Below, piece by piece: positions 26,209 to 36,600 of a stretch of DNA of 56,606 nucleotides (positions within the stretch are counted from its first letter, which is position 1; each line of letters opens with the position of its first letter). The stretch spans positions 1-56,606 of the forward strand of contig JBEKQY010000004.1 of NCBI GenBank assembly GCA_049519235.1. The letters run 5' to 3'. The translations under genes were made by a program, and so were the position numbers. The DNA is from Candidatus Korobacteraceae bacterium. Its GTDB lineage: Bacteria; Acidobacteriota; Terriglobia; Terriglobales; Acidobacteriaceae. The notes below the pieces were generated by a model, which did not search any database, was not told where the DNA came from, and worked only from the letters and a program-made list of their open reading frames with translations.

Positions 26209-27302
26209 GCACTTCCTTCCACAAGGCTTGGACGTTAAAGCATGGCGGCTTGGCTGGGCTGGTCATTGGTTTGCTTTTGGCTGCGGCCATTGTCATCGGT
26301 GTAGGGCGCTCAACCCCGCATAACGCGAGCGTGGCAGCCGCCGACGGGGGCCGGCCGACCGACACCTCATCGCAGACCCAAGTAGTGCTGGCCGCACCCG
26401 GACGAGTGGAAGGACTCACCGAAGTCGTTGAGATCGGCGCCGGAGTCGGCGGTGTTCTCGCGGAGGTCGATGTCCAAGAGGGGCAACACGTCAAGGCTGG
26501 CGCGATTCTCGCGCGCATTGATCGAGCTGACCTTGAGGCCGATCTCGAAGCCGCCAATGACGCACTGGAATCCGCGCGGCAGTCTCGCGCCCTGCTCAAG
26601 TTGGGAAGTCCACTAACGGAACGCGGCGAAGCGACCGCTAAACTGAGTTCCGCACAAGCTTCAGCACAGGCGGCTGCGCAACAATTTACCCGCGCTCAAA
26701 CGCTCTTTGCCAAGGGCCTTATCTCATCCTCCGATATTGTGAAGCAATACAAGACGGGGCTGGCTCAGGCGCAAGCCGATCTGGAAGCCGCGCAAAAGCA
26801 TTATCGCCGGGTAGCGGACGGGCCGCAGCCTGAGGAGCTGGCGCGGGCTGACGCTGAGGTGCGCAAAGCGGAAGCAGTTGCGCAAGCAGCCAAGGCACAA
26901 GTGGAGCAATGCGTTGTAAAAGCCAGGACCTCCGGCACTGTCCTACGGGTCTATATGAGGCCGGGCGAGGTTTACAGTCCCCAGTTTCCGCGGCCAATTG
27001 TCAGCATGGCGGACACGTCTCGTCTCCGGGTCAGGGTAGAAGTGGATGAGCGCGACATCGGACGCATCTTTGAGGGCCAGCGTGCGGTGGTTTTGGTTGA
27101 CGCTTATCCGGGGCAACGATTTACGGGCACGGTCTCGCACATTGAGCCTTTGATGGGACGCAAGAAGGTGCGTACCGGCGATCCTGCGGAAAAGAGTGAC
27201 CGTGACGTGCTGGAAGCAGTTGTAGACTTGGATCCCAGCAAGTCCCTTCTGATAGTTGGACTGCGAGTCAACGTCCAGTTTCTGACTAAGGAGGCAAGCT
27301 AA
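26205..27302 (+). CDS. HlyD/DevB-family periplasmic adaptor (membrane fusion protein)
   Basis: N-terminal anchor, lipoyl-like 'VKAGAILARID', a long Ala/Gln-rich coiled-coil hairpin and a C-terminal beta-barrel region. The start overlaps the ATPase stop. Confidence 0.8.
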   Translation: MSTSFHKAWTLKHGGLAGLVIGLLLAAAIVIGVGRSTPHNASVAAADGGRPTDTSSQTQVVLAAPGRVEGLTEVVEIGAGVGGVLAEVDVQEGQHVKAGAILARIDRADLEADLEAANDALESARQSRALLKLGSPLTERGEATAKLSSAQASAQAAAQQFTRAQTLFAKGLISSSDIVKQYKTGLAQAQADLEAAQKHYRRVADGPQPEELARADAEVRKAEAVAQAAKAQVEQCVVKARTSGTVLRVYMRPGEVYSPQFPRPIVSMADTSRLRVRVEVDERDIGRIFEGQRAVVLVDAYPGQRFTGTVSHIEPLMGRKKVRTGDPAEKSDRDVLEAVVDLDPSKSLLIVGLRVNVQFLTKEAS

Positions 27303-27593
27303 GCCCGTTTGCCAAGATCACACTTAAGTGCCAGCAGTAGCTTGATGGGAAGTTCCCTAGAAATCTGCTGCAAGACATTGCATCTCGAATATTTAGCAGG
27401 TTTGCAACATGTTGAAATCGCTACACCGACCTTTGGAAACAAAAGTGCCGAAGCTCACCAGATTCTTAACCTAAGTTCATACGCCCACGGGCCGACGCTA
27501 TTGTAATTTGCTGTAAAGGGCTCCTATCCCGGGCTGGGCCGAATCCAGGGAATCCAAAGGTCTTAAGTTCTGAAAAACAGAGGAGGGCAAGCC

Positions 27594-28439
27594 ATGCTCT
27601 GCCGCGTCGCAACATGGAGACTGCTTTTCATTTTGGCGGTTATGGTGCTGCTTACAGCCATTACCGCAAACGCACAGACCTGTACCGCGCCAGCGTGTGT
27701 TGCGGGAGGTTCCGACTACTTCCAGACGACCGCCGCGTCCGTTACCCTCCCCAGCGGCGAGGGCTTCGGCACGACGCCGATTCCCCTCACCTCACTGCCC
27801 AACGATAATGAACCTGGGGCACACCTGGTGGACACGATTATTCAGCGCCAGGAGGATACCGGAGTCGAGCCGACGGGCGGCACTGCTGTCCCAAGCCTGG
27901 CTTTGGATCTTTCTTTGATAGCGACGGGGGTCCTCAACACCAACAATGGCCATCGATACAACATATATGTCACCCTCGATCCGACGGCCCTGCCCGTTAA
28001 CGCGGGGATGATTACGATCAACGGGAACGCCAGCGGTGGCACTTACACTACCTGCACCAACGTATATCTTCAGGTGAGTTTCATGCAGACCGACGGAAGC
28101 GACGACCCTATTGCGCCATTCACGCCGGGAGCGGCATGCACGCTGGGTAATACCTCACCATGCACGAACACAACGACGCCGTATTCGTGGAGTTCGACGT
28201 CCCCGACTGGAGCGTATCTGTTGAGCGCTGTTTACCCGGCTTTCAACGCCAACCAGCACACCGGCGCACCCGTGAACTATGTGCCGGATTTCTATCTCAC
28301 ACAGACCACGACGCAGTCGTGCACCGTTAACGCCTTCACGTTTAGTCAAACGACGCAACTAGCGCAGGCGTCGTCAACCGCGCCGGAGTCGAAACCAGCG
28401 CAAAACAACGGGAGATCGGAAGGGAAAGCGCGGAAATAA
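27594..28439 (+). CDS. secreted hypothetical protein, paralogue A (281 aa)
   Basis: Signal peptide 'LLFILAVMVLLTAITANAQ'. Shares 'GSDY', 'DTIIQRQ(E/Q)D', 'NNGH(R/H)Y.IY.TLDP.ALP.N.G.(M)TI.G..SGGT(Y/F)' with the next ORF. Confidence 0.65.
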   Translation: MLCRVATWRLLFILAVMVLLTAITANAQTCTAPACVAGGSDYFQTTAASVTLPSGEGFGTTPIPLTSLPNDNEPGAHLVDTIIQRQEDTGVEPTGGTAVPSLALDLSLIATGVLNTNNGHRYNIYVTLDPTALPVNAGMITINGNASGGTYTTCTNVYLQVSFMQTDGSDDPIAPFTPGAACTLGNTSPCTNTTTPYSWSSTSPTGAYLLSAVYPAFNANQHTGAPVNYVPDFYLTQTTTQSCTVNAFTFSQTTQLAQASSTAPESKPAQNNGRSEGKARK

Positions 28440-28594
28440 GTTAACCCATAATCCGCCTCACACATGGTATGCCTCGCGGACTAATGCTTTGTAAGGTTCT
28501 TTCGTTAGAAGGCGGCGTCCCGAGGTTCTGGTTCCAGGGATCAAAGGGTCAATCGGTTGGTGAATTTCGAAACGACCTAGAGGAGGAGCGAGCC

Positions 28595-29602
28595 ATGCTC
28601 TGCCGTATTGCAAGATTGCTTGTTAGTTTGGCGGTTGTGGTGTTGTTGATCGCCCTTACCGCGGGCGCGCAGGACTATGTTGCCCCGGGTAGTGACTATC
28701 TGCTGACGGGTCCTGGTACCAGTTTTGACATGAGCGCAAGAGGATTCTCGACCAACGTGGTGTTCAAATCAAATCCCAGTTCAGTCGTTTGTACGAACTT
28801 GAACACCTGCACCAGTGACACGATTATCCAGCGCCAGCAGGACGCAGACCTCACGAATCCGGCTCCCATCCCCATTCAGATTATATATCTTTCTCTGTGT
28901 TCCCAAGATCCAGCGGGTGGGCCGTGTTACGGGGTGCCCAACAACAATGGCCACCACTACGTCATATACGCTACCCTCGATCCCAGGGCACTCCCCAATA
29001 ACACGGGGACGATGACGATTACGGGGGATACCAGCGGCGGTACTTTCAGCTCGAGCTTCACAGTGAATTTGCTGGCAACATTTGTAACCACGGATGGTGG
29101 GCCGAACCTGACGCCATTTCGCGGCAGTTTCACGGTGCAATCGAGCGAATCACCACCACCAGCGTGGACCTCGACTGAGCCGATGAGCCCGCCGTACTTC
29201 GCGATAACGGCTCCCTATCCAGCTCAGCAAGCCAACGTGAACACCAACTTCCCGCGGCAGCCTCAGCCTATGTTTGTGAATTTCTTCCCTGTGACCTTTT
29301 TTAGGGAGTTACACTTCGGCGGGGGGGTTTGTCATGTTGTCTCACTTGCGTGCGTTGGCGGGATTCTAGTTGCGAGGCCGCCAAACATCGCCCTTTTCTG
29401 GTTGATTTGCTTCTTCCTTCAAAATAACAACGGCTCTTTGGATCAAATCGCCGACTTCATGCTGCCGCCGGATGATTTTGGGGCCATATACACCCAGAAT
29501 GCGTCGTGGGACAGGGTGCAGGAGCCAGCCGGCCACGCGCCAGTGGGGGCGAGCGGCGCGGCCCGATTGCCACATATGAGCACTGCGGCGGTGAGGAATT
29601 AG
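28595..29602 (+). CDS. secreted hypothetical protein, paralogue B (335 aa), with a unique hydrophobic C-terminal extension
   Basis: ATG 28595 lies in the same GAGGAGG..GCCATGCTCTGCCG context as paralogue A. Signal peptide 'LLVSLAVVVLLIALTAGAQ'. The ORF-track start at 28469 is not preferred. Confidence 0.6.
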   Translation: MLCRIARLLVSLAVVVLLIALTAGAQDYVAPGSDYLLTGPGTSFDMSARGFSTNVVFKSNPSSVVCTNLNTCTSDTIIQRQQDADLTNPAPIPIQIIYLSLCSQDPAGGPCYGVPNNNGHHYVIYATLDPRALPNNTGTMTITGDTSGGTFSSSFTVNLLATFVTTDGGPNLTPFRGSFTVQSSESPPPAWTSTEPMSPPYFAITAPYPAQQANVNTNFPRQPQPMFVNFFPVTFFRELHFGGGVCHVVSLACVGGILVARPPNIALFWLICFFLQNNNGSLDQIADFMLPPDDFGAIYTQNASWDRVQEPAGHAPVGASGAARLPHMSTAAVRN

Positions 29603-29696
29603 CAGTTCGGAATCAAAGGTGTGTTGCCGGCGGTTCGAAATCCGGACCGCCGGTTTTGGTCAGTGATCGCTGTGGGATGAGAGGGAGCACGCCGCC

Positions 29697-30689
29697 GTGT
29701 TGGAGCCCCAGACCGCTTACTCAGCGCCGGTCAGTTCTCCCCACCAACACGTCCTAAAGCCTGGCAGATCCAACTCCGGCTGGCTCACCCGCTGGATGCG
29801 CCTGGACGAAAGCGAAGCCTCATTTTCCGTTCGCTCCTTCCAGGCTAGCTCCAAAGATGCGCAACGGCGCCTGGAGCTGATCGGTCGCACCTTCATCACG
29901 GGTTACAATTCGGCGATCGAGCGCAAGGGCCTCGATGAAATCAGCGCCGTCCTGGACGAAGTACAGCCGGAGTTGCGTGGTTTTGCGTTCGAAGGCGCAT
30001 CGATGGCGTCTTCACTTCTGGATCTTTTGTCGCTTCGGTCTTCGCGATTCATGGGCCTATTGCGCGGCCCGGGACAACAATACATCCATTTGTGCTGGGT
30101 CGGTACTGGATGGGCCTGTGCGCGGCTGAAGCTGTTGCACGGCCGCTTCCGCCGTAAGTTTTTTCCGCATGATCCCTTGTTGAGCACGCTGGCTTACGAT
30201 GGCTGGGGTTTCCACGAAGGATACTTTTCCTCCCAGCGCTACCTGCGTAGGCAAGCGCCCGCCCCTGGAATTCTGAAGGGAGATACCAGACGGATTTTCG
30301 ACCAGGGCTTTGGACGCAGCTTGTGGTTTGTAGGTGGAGCAAGAGTGACAGCCATTAAGAGCATGATCGCGCCGTATCCCGTCGAACGGCAGGCAGACAT
30401 GTGGAGCGGCGTTGGCCTGGCGTGCGCTTATGCGGGATGCGCCGGGGGCAGCGATCTGGAGATGCTGCTTACTATCGACAATTCGTTCCTGCCTCACCTT
30501 AGGCAGGGTGTCGCATTTGCCGCCAAGGCGCGGGTGCATTCCGGGAATGTGATCGAAGATACATATCTCGCCGCGCAGCTCCTTTGCGGAACTTCACCCG
30601 AGAAGTTAGCCGAAGTGACGGACGCCGCACAACGGCGAACCAACGATTACATGAGCTGGAGAGCCGAACTCCAGCGCTATTTCACGTGA
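29697..30689 (+). CDS. UnbL / E3-type enediyne-cassette protein (DUF1702-like)
   Basis: Assigned mainly by size (~330 aa) and its position as first gene of the E3-E4-E5-E-E10 order. GTG start follows GGGATGAGAGGGA. I recall E3/UnbL being the DUF1702 family, but cannot verify this here. Confidence 0.55.
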   Translation: MLEPQTAYSAPVSSPHQHVLKPGRSNSGWLTRWMRLDESEASFSVRSFQASSKDAQRRLELIGRTFITGYNSAIERKGLDEISAVLDEVQPELRGFAFEGASMASSLLDLLSLRSSRFMGLLRGPGQQYIHLCWVGTGWACARLKLLHGRFRRKFFPHDPLLSTLAYDGWGFHEGYFSSQRYLRRQAPAPGILKGDTRRIFDQGFGRSLWFVGGARVTAIKSMIAPYPVERQADMWSGVGLACAYAGCAGGSDLEMLLTIDNSFLPHLRQGVAFAAKARVHSGNVIEDTYLAAQLLCGTSPEKLAEVTDAAQRRTNDYMSWRAELQRYFT

Positions 30690-30700
30690 GAAGGGCTAAG

Positions 30701-32692
30701 ATGGAGCCTTCCAGGCATCCGCAGGCCAAGAAGATTGCCGCCACGGTCATCGCCCTCGGGGCGTTGGGCGTGGCTTGGATGTATAGACCTGCTCCGGTCA
30801 ATGCACATACCATCCCCGGCCTCAAGGACAGATTTTCTTTTCGCGCCTACGACCTTCCAACTCTGCCCGGCCCACAGCAAACCACCCGGCAAGTAAACGG
30901 CTCGCTCGCCCATATCGACGGATGGATTTCGTCGGTCGGAGCGGCTGTGGCGATCAACGATATCGATGGCGACGGACTGGCCAATGACATTTGCTATGTC
31001 GATACGCGAACCGACCAGGTCATTGTTGCCCCGGCGCCCGGCACCCCGGCACGTTACGCTCCATTCGCTCTCGATCCTTCTCCTGTCAAAGTCGATAAGC
31101 GCACCACGGCTCCCATGGGCTGTTTGCCAGGAGACTTCGATGAAGATGGCAGGATCGATCTGCTGGTTTACTACTGGGGACGCACGCCCATTGTCTTTCT
31201 GAACCACTACGACCGTAGTAAACAACATGAGCTGAATGCTCAGTCATTCCAGGCGGTCGATCTGGTACCGGGTGGGGAGAGATGGTTTACGAATGCGGCA
31301 GTACTCGCCGACCTGGATGGCGATGGCCATGTTGACATCGTCATTGGGAATTATTTTCCTGACGGCGCCGATATCCTGGATCCGGACAACCCTCAGCCGC
31401 AACACATGCAGTCGTCTATGTCACACGCTTATAACGGCGGCGACAAACATTTTCTGTTGTGGCAGCCACCCGCTCCCGGCGCGCCAATCCGATTTCGCGA
31501 TGTAGTGCCGGAATTCCTGGTTGGAAATTACCGGCCAGTAAGCGCCACTTTGCAGGACGAGATTTTGCATGGCTGGACGCTTGCGCTTGGAGCGGCTGAC
31601 CTGAATGGCGATCTTTTGCCTGAACTCTATATCGCCAACGATTTCGGTCCCGACCGCCTGCTGGAGAATCTCTCATCGCCCGGCCATTTGAAGTTCCGGC
31701 TGCTGGAGGGAGCGAGAACGTTTTTTACCCCGAAGTCAAAGGTGCTTGGCCACGATTCTTTTAAGGGCATGGGGGTGGATTTCGCGAATCTCAAGGGTGA
31801 TGGCCGTCTGGACATATTAGTCGGCAATATCACCGACGAATTCGCGTTAGAAGAGAGCAATTTCGCCTTTGTCCCCACCGATAACAGTTTGACCGACCAG
31901 CGCGGCATTGCCCATTACCAAGATGAGAGTGAAGAACTTGGGATATCGCGCACCGGCTGGACCTGGGACGTCAAGGCGGCAGACTTCGACAACGAGGGCG
32001 CGCCCCAGATTGTGCTGGCGACAGGATTTCTGAACTCAGCTACCGCCCGAGAAGGTATCGACCGTTGGCCCGAGCTGCATGAGATCGCGATGGGCAACGA
32101 CGTTCTTCTTCAGTACCCATGGGCTTGGCATAGGTTTAAGGACAGCGACGCCCTTAGCTCGCACAACCATACGCCGTTTTTTGTAATGAATCGCGACGGA
32201 ACCTACAGCGACATTTCGCAGGAAATCGGTCTGGAACACATCTATCCGGGAAGAGGCATTGCGGTCGCGGACGTGAGGGGAGACGGCCTTCTCGACTTCG
32301 CAATCGCCAATCAGTGGGGCACGTCCGTGTTCTACCAGAATACGAGCGTCTCGCATGGAGCCGCCCTCACGCTAAGGCTCTTATTGCCAACCCACACGGG
32401 AGTAACGAATTTCCGGATCGAGAACGGATCCAGCGACAGTATTAGCGGGTCTCCCGCCATCGGAGCCACCGCAAGCCTACGTCTTCCCAATGGCCGGGTC
32501 CTGGTTGATCAGGTGAATGGAGGAAATGGGCATTCTGGAAAGAATAGCTTCGAGATTCACTTTGGACTGGGTCGTCAGGACCCAAGCCAGCGGTACCAAG
32601 TAATCCTGAATTGGCGCGATCGCGGCGGCAAAACCAATACGCACAGCGTGTCTCTGGTTGCCGGACGATACAGCGTTCTTCTGGGGCAATAG
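30701..32692 (+). CDS. UnbV / E4-type protein: FG-GAP (VCBS) repeats plus C-terminal ASPIC/UnbV domain
   Basis: Repeats 'DIDGDGLANDICYVD', 'DFDEDGRIDLLVYYWG', 'DLDGDGHVDIVIGNYF', 'ADLNGDLLPELYIANDFGPDRLLEN', 'NLKGDGRLDILVGN', 'VRGDGLLDFAIANQWG'. C-terminal 'NGGNGHSGKNSFEIHFGLG' is the ASPIC/UnbV hallmark. ATG 30701 follows GAGAAGGG. Confidence 0.8.
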   Translation: MEPSRHPQAKKIAATVIALGALGVAWMYRPAPVNAHTIPGLKDRFSFRAYDLPTLPGPQQTTRQVNGSLAHIDGWISSVGAAVAINDIDGDGLANDICYVDTRTDQVIVAPAPGTPARYAPFALDPSPVKVDKRTTAPMGCLPGDFDEDGRIDLLVYYWGRTPIVFLNHYDRSKQHELNAQSFQAVDLVPGGERWFTNAAVLADLDGDGHVDIVIGNYFPDGADILDPDNPQPQHMQSSMSHAYNGGDKHFLLWQPPAPGAPIRFRDVVPEFLVGNYRPVSATLQDEILHGWTLALGAADLNGDLLPELYIANDFGPDRLLENLSSPGHLKFRLLEGARTFFTPKSKVLGHDSFKGMGVDFANLKGDGRLDILVGNITDEFALEESNFAFVPTDNSLTDQRGIAHYQDESEELGISRTGWTWDVKAADFDNEGAPQIVLATGFLNSATAREGIDRWPELHEIAMGNDVLLQYPWAWHRFKDSDALSSHNHTPFFVMNRDGTYSDISQEIGLEHIYPGRGIAVADVRGDGLLDFAIANQWGTSVFYQNTSVSHGAALTLRLLLPTHTGVTNFRIENGSSDSISGSPAIGATASLRLPNGRVLVDQVNGGNGHSGKNSFEIHFGLGRQDPSQRYQVILNWRDRGGKTNTHSVSLVAGRYSVLLGQ

Positions 32693-32695
32693 CAC

Positions 32696-33616
32696 ATGGA
32701 GGGGGCGCAGAAGATGGATACCCGATTGGCCGCGCTGAGGCGGTTCGCCATCGCGATAACCGTACTCAATATCCTGGGCCATAGCTTCCTCGGCTTTGAA
32801 CAGTCCCCAGCGCAGCCGGTTTTTTCTGTGCTGCTGGCGTGGTCCATCGAACTTGTCCTGGAAACTGTGCAGTCGTGGGGGGATGGCCGAAAACCTCGAT
32901 TCTTAGGAGGCGGGATCGTCGGCTTCGTGGACTTTCTTTTGCCCGCCCAAATCACTGGATTGGCTGTCGCCATGCTGTTGTACGCCAACGACAGGTTGCT
33001 CCCAATTCTGTTTGCGACGACCATCGCTATGTGTTCTAAGGCGATCTTTACCATCAAGCAGGGCCCTGCCATACGTCACTTCTTTAATCCATCGAATTTT
33101 GGCATCACTCTTACTCTTCTGTTGTTTCCCTCGGTAGGCATTACACCGCCGTATATGTTCACCGAAGGGTTGGGAGTCGCCGGCAGCCTGATTCTTCCTT
33201 TGTTCATTACTGTCAGTGGTACCTACATCAACACCAAGCTAACTGGCCGACTGCCGCTGCTGCTGGCTTGGATCAGCGGCTTCACGCTGCAGGCGTTAGT
33301 GCGGCACTATCTTTTCGGCACCAGCTTGCTACCCATGCTGGGGGTCATGACCGGCGTAACTTTCGTTCTCTATACGTTCTATATGATCACCGACCCGGCA
33401 ACGACACCGGCCGCGGTTCGAGGGCAAGTGGCTTTCGGCCTTTCCGTCGGGCTGCTCTACGGAGTTCTTGTCATGTCTCACATCGTGTTCGGAATGTTCT
33501 TCGCGCTTACGATTGTGTGCTTCAGCCGGGGCATGGCGCTGTTGCTGTTGCCGCTGTTGGAGAAAGCCAAGAGCCCGGCGCGGGAAGAGCAGCGAGTGTT
33601 GGCAGCGGTAAGGTGA
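32696..33616 (+). CDS. UnbU / E5-type integral membrane protein
   Basis: ~8 TM helices, 306 aa, located directly between the UnbV-type gene and the PKS as in enediyne minimal cassettes. Confidence 0.6.
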   Translation: MEGAQKMDTRLAALRRFAIAITVLNILGHSFLGFEQSPAQPVFSVLLAWSIELVLETVQSWGDGRKPRFLGGGIVGFVDFLLPAQITGLAVAMLLYANDRLLPILFATTIAMCSKAIFTIKQGPAIRHFFNPSNFGITLTLLLFPSVGITPPYMFTEGLGVAGSLILPLFITVSGTYINTKLTGRLPLLLAWISGFTLQALVRHYLFGTSLLPMLGVMTGVTFVLYTFYMITDPATTPAAVRGQVAFGLSVGLLYGVLVMSHIVFGMFFALTIVCFSRGMALLLLPLLEKAKSPAREEQRVLAAVR

Positions 33617-33619
33617 GCC

Positions 33620-36600
33620 ATGGCCGATGCAATCGCGATCATCGGGCTAGGATGCGAATACCCAGACGCTTCTACGCCCGTAGAGTTGTGGCACAGCGTT
33701 CTGGCACAACGGCGGAGTTTTCGCCGCATTCCCCGGGAAAGACTTGATCTGGAAGCGTACTGGTCGCCGGACCGAACGGACTGTGATCGCACATACTGCA
33801 CCAAGGCGGCGCTGCTCAAGAACTTTTCCTTTGACCGCGCAGCTTTTGGCATATCGGGCGCTACCTTTCGCGCCACTGATCTTGCGCATTGGCTGGCGCT
33901 GTCCACTGCCGCCAAGGCACTGAACGAGGCATTTGCCGACAGCGAGATCGTGCATTGGCGGGAAACGACCGGCGTATTCGTCGGAAATTCGCTGACCGGG
34001 GAGTTTTCCCGCGCCAGTTGTCTTCGCGTCCGCTGGCCTTTTGTCGAGAGTGTTCTGGAAGGACAACTGCGAGCACAAGGCTGGTCCGACAGCGACGCTG
34101 CGGACTTTTTGCGGCGATGCGAAGAACAGTACAAGGCGCACTTTGAGCCGTTTTCCGAGGACACTCTTCCCGGTGGACTTTCCAACACCATCGCTGGCCG
34201 GATCTGCAATTTCTTCGATCTGAAGGGCGGCGGATATGTGCTGGACGGCGCCTGCGCGTCGTCGCTGCTGGCCGTCATCAACGGTTGTTCCGCTCTGGAG
34301 TCGCGCGACCTGAATGTTGCCATCTGTGGCGGAGTTGATCTCAGCCTGGATCCGTTCGAGCTGGTCGGCTTTGCCCGCAACGGCGCGCTCGCCGCCGATG
34401 AAATGAGGGTCTTCGACAGCAACCCGACCGGGTTCCTGCCTGGAGAAGGCTGCGGATTTGTGGTGATGATGCGCCTCCAGGATGCGCTGGCCGCAGGCTG
34501 CAATGTTCGCGGAGTCATTCGCGGCTGGGGCATTTCGTCTGACGGGCAAGGGGGCATGACCCGGCCCGAGCCGCAAGGACAGTTGCTGGCGCTGACGCGC
34601 GCCTATCGGCGGGCGGGCCTCGATTCATCCCAGGTTCCGTATTTCGAGGCCCATGGTACGGGGACGGCGGCCGGGGATGACGCCGAACTCACCGCGCTCG
34701 CCGAAGCCGTGCGATCTCCATCGGGGAGCCCCGCCGTCGTCAGCTCCATCAAGGCCATCATCGGACACACCAAGGCGGCAGCGGGAATCGCCGGGTTGAT
34801 GAAAGCCATGATGGCTTTGGAATTCGGGACACTGCCTCCTACGACTGGTTGCATTACTCCACACCGAATTCTGACCGAGAAGCCGGAACTGCTGCGGGCG
34901 CAATCGGAGTCTTCGTCGTGGCCGCAGGACCGCGAATTGCTTGCCGGAGTTAGCGCCATGGGCTTTGGCGGAATCAACACCCATGTGGTGTTGCAGAGCG
35001 CCGGCGCCGTTCCACGGCAAATTCCGGCCTCCATGCGAGCTGCATGCCATTCGTCTCAAGACGCGGAGCTGTTCCTGTTTTCTGCGGACACCTCGGCGGC
35101 ACTGCAAGCGGCAGTCGATTCCGTAGTCACGAAGGCGGCATCGCTATCGGCCGCGGAATTGACGGACTTGAGCGCTTACCTGATTCGCCGCACAGGGCGC
35201 GGCCAGTGGAAAGCCGCGTTGGTCGCCCGCACTGCCGAAGAATTGAGCCGGGAAGCAGCAGGGCTAGCGAGCTGGATCGGCGCCGGAATAACGAATCGAT
35301 ATCAATACAACGACGGCATCTTCTTGTCGAGCGAAAACAGGCGCCTGCGGCTCTGCTATCTGTTTCCTGGGCAGGGAGTATCCTATTGCGCGGACGATTG
35401 GCCGCTCTACAGCAGACTGGTGGGCGATGGAGCGCTGACCGAATTCGCGCCTCTGTCCGCGGACGCTGGAGAAACTGAGAAAGCTCAGGTCGGGATCTCG
35501 CTGCAGTGCCTGAAGCAGTTGCGGGTGCTCTCCTCGTTGGCAATTCAGGCCGACGCTGCCATTGGCCATAGCGTAGGCGAACTCGTGGCGTTGTGTTGGT
35601 CCGGCACCATTGCTGAATCGCAATTGCTGGAGATGGTGCAGGCTCGAGGCCGCGTCATGCATCACTGCTCGCCTTCGGGCGGAGCGATGATCGCGGTGAT
35701 GGCGAGCGCTGCCAGCGTCAACGGATTTCTTCCCGCCGAGACCGTCATCGCGGCGCTCAACGGAAGCCACATCGTCGTATCCGGGCCTGTAGAGCTGATT
35801 GCCAAGGCAGAGGCTATCTGCCTAGAGAAAAACATCCATACCGTACGGCTCCCCGTGAAGTATGCATTTCATTCGCCGGCCTTCGCGCCGGCCGCAAAGT
35901 TGTTTGCGGCTGAACTTGAACATCATGCCTTTCAAAAGCCCACGAGAACAGTTTTTTCGACCGTGACCGGAAACGTATTTCGGGAAGATGCCGACCTCGT
36001 CCGTCACCTATCAGAACAGATCATCAACCCCGTCCGGTTCGAATCTGCGGTTCAGCAGGCTTCGGCAGTGGTCGACCTGTTCCTGGAAGTGGGCTCGCCG
36101 GGCGTGCTGCGTGATATGGTGCAAGCTGTCTCAGAGGTCCCGGTAATTAGCTGGACTCCTCGCAGCGACACAGGCTTGCTCACCACGGCTGCTGTCCTGC
36201 ACGTGTCTGGATCTCCAGTCGATCTTCGGCGCCTGGTGACAACGCGCTTTGTCCGCGACTTCTCTCCTGACGCGCGATTCGATTTTCTCCGGAATCCCTG
36301 CGAATCCCTGGAGGATTCCCAGCGCGAGCGGAAGGCCTGCCGCGTACCTCAAGCTGTTCGTCCTGAAGAACCGGTTGTTGCTGCATCCATAATCCCGGCG
36401 GGGATGCAGACTGGCAATGTTCGGCAAGCGGCCTTAGACAAATTGCTGGAGATTGTCTCAAGGAAGACAGAGTTACCGAAGGACCGGCTACAGCCCTCGA
36501 TGAACCTGTTGACCGATTTGCATTTGAGCTCCATTACGGTGGCGCAGATCGCGATCGAAACCGCAAGGGCATTGGGTAGGAAGCCGCTTCTGGCGCCTAC

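Noticed and set aside
33478-34576. Two long minus-strand ORFs (359 and 309 aa) inside the KS domain of the PKS
   Set aside because: Antisense to unambiguous KS motifs (DGACASS, HGTGT). This is a typical GC-rich shadow-ORF composition.
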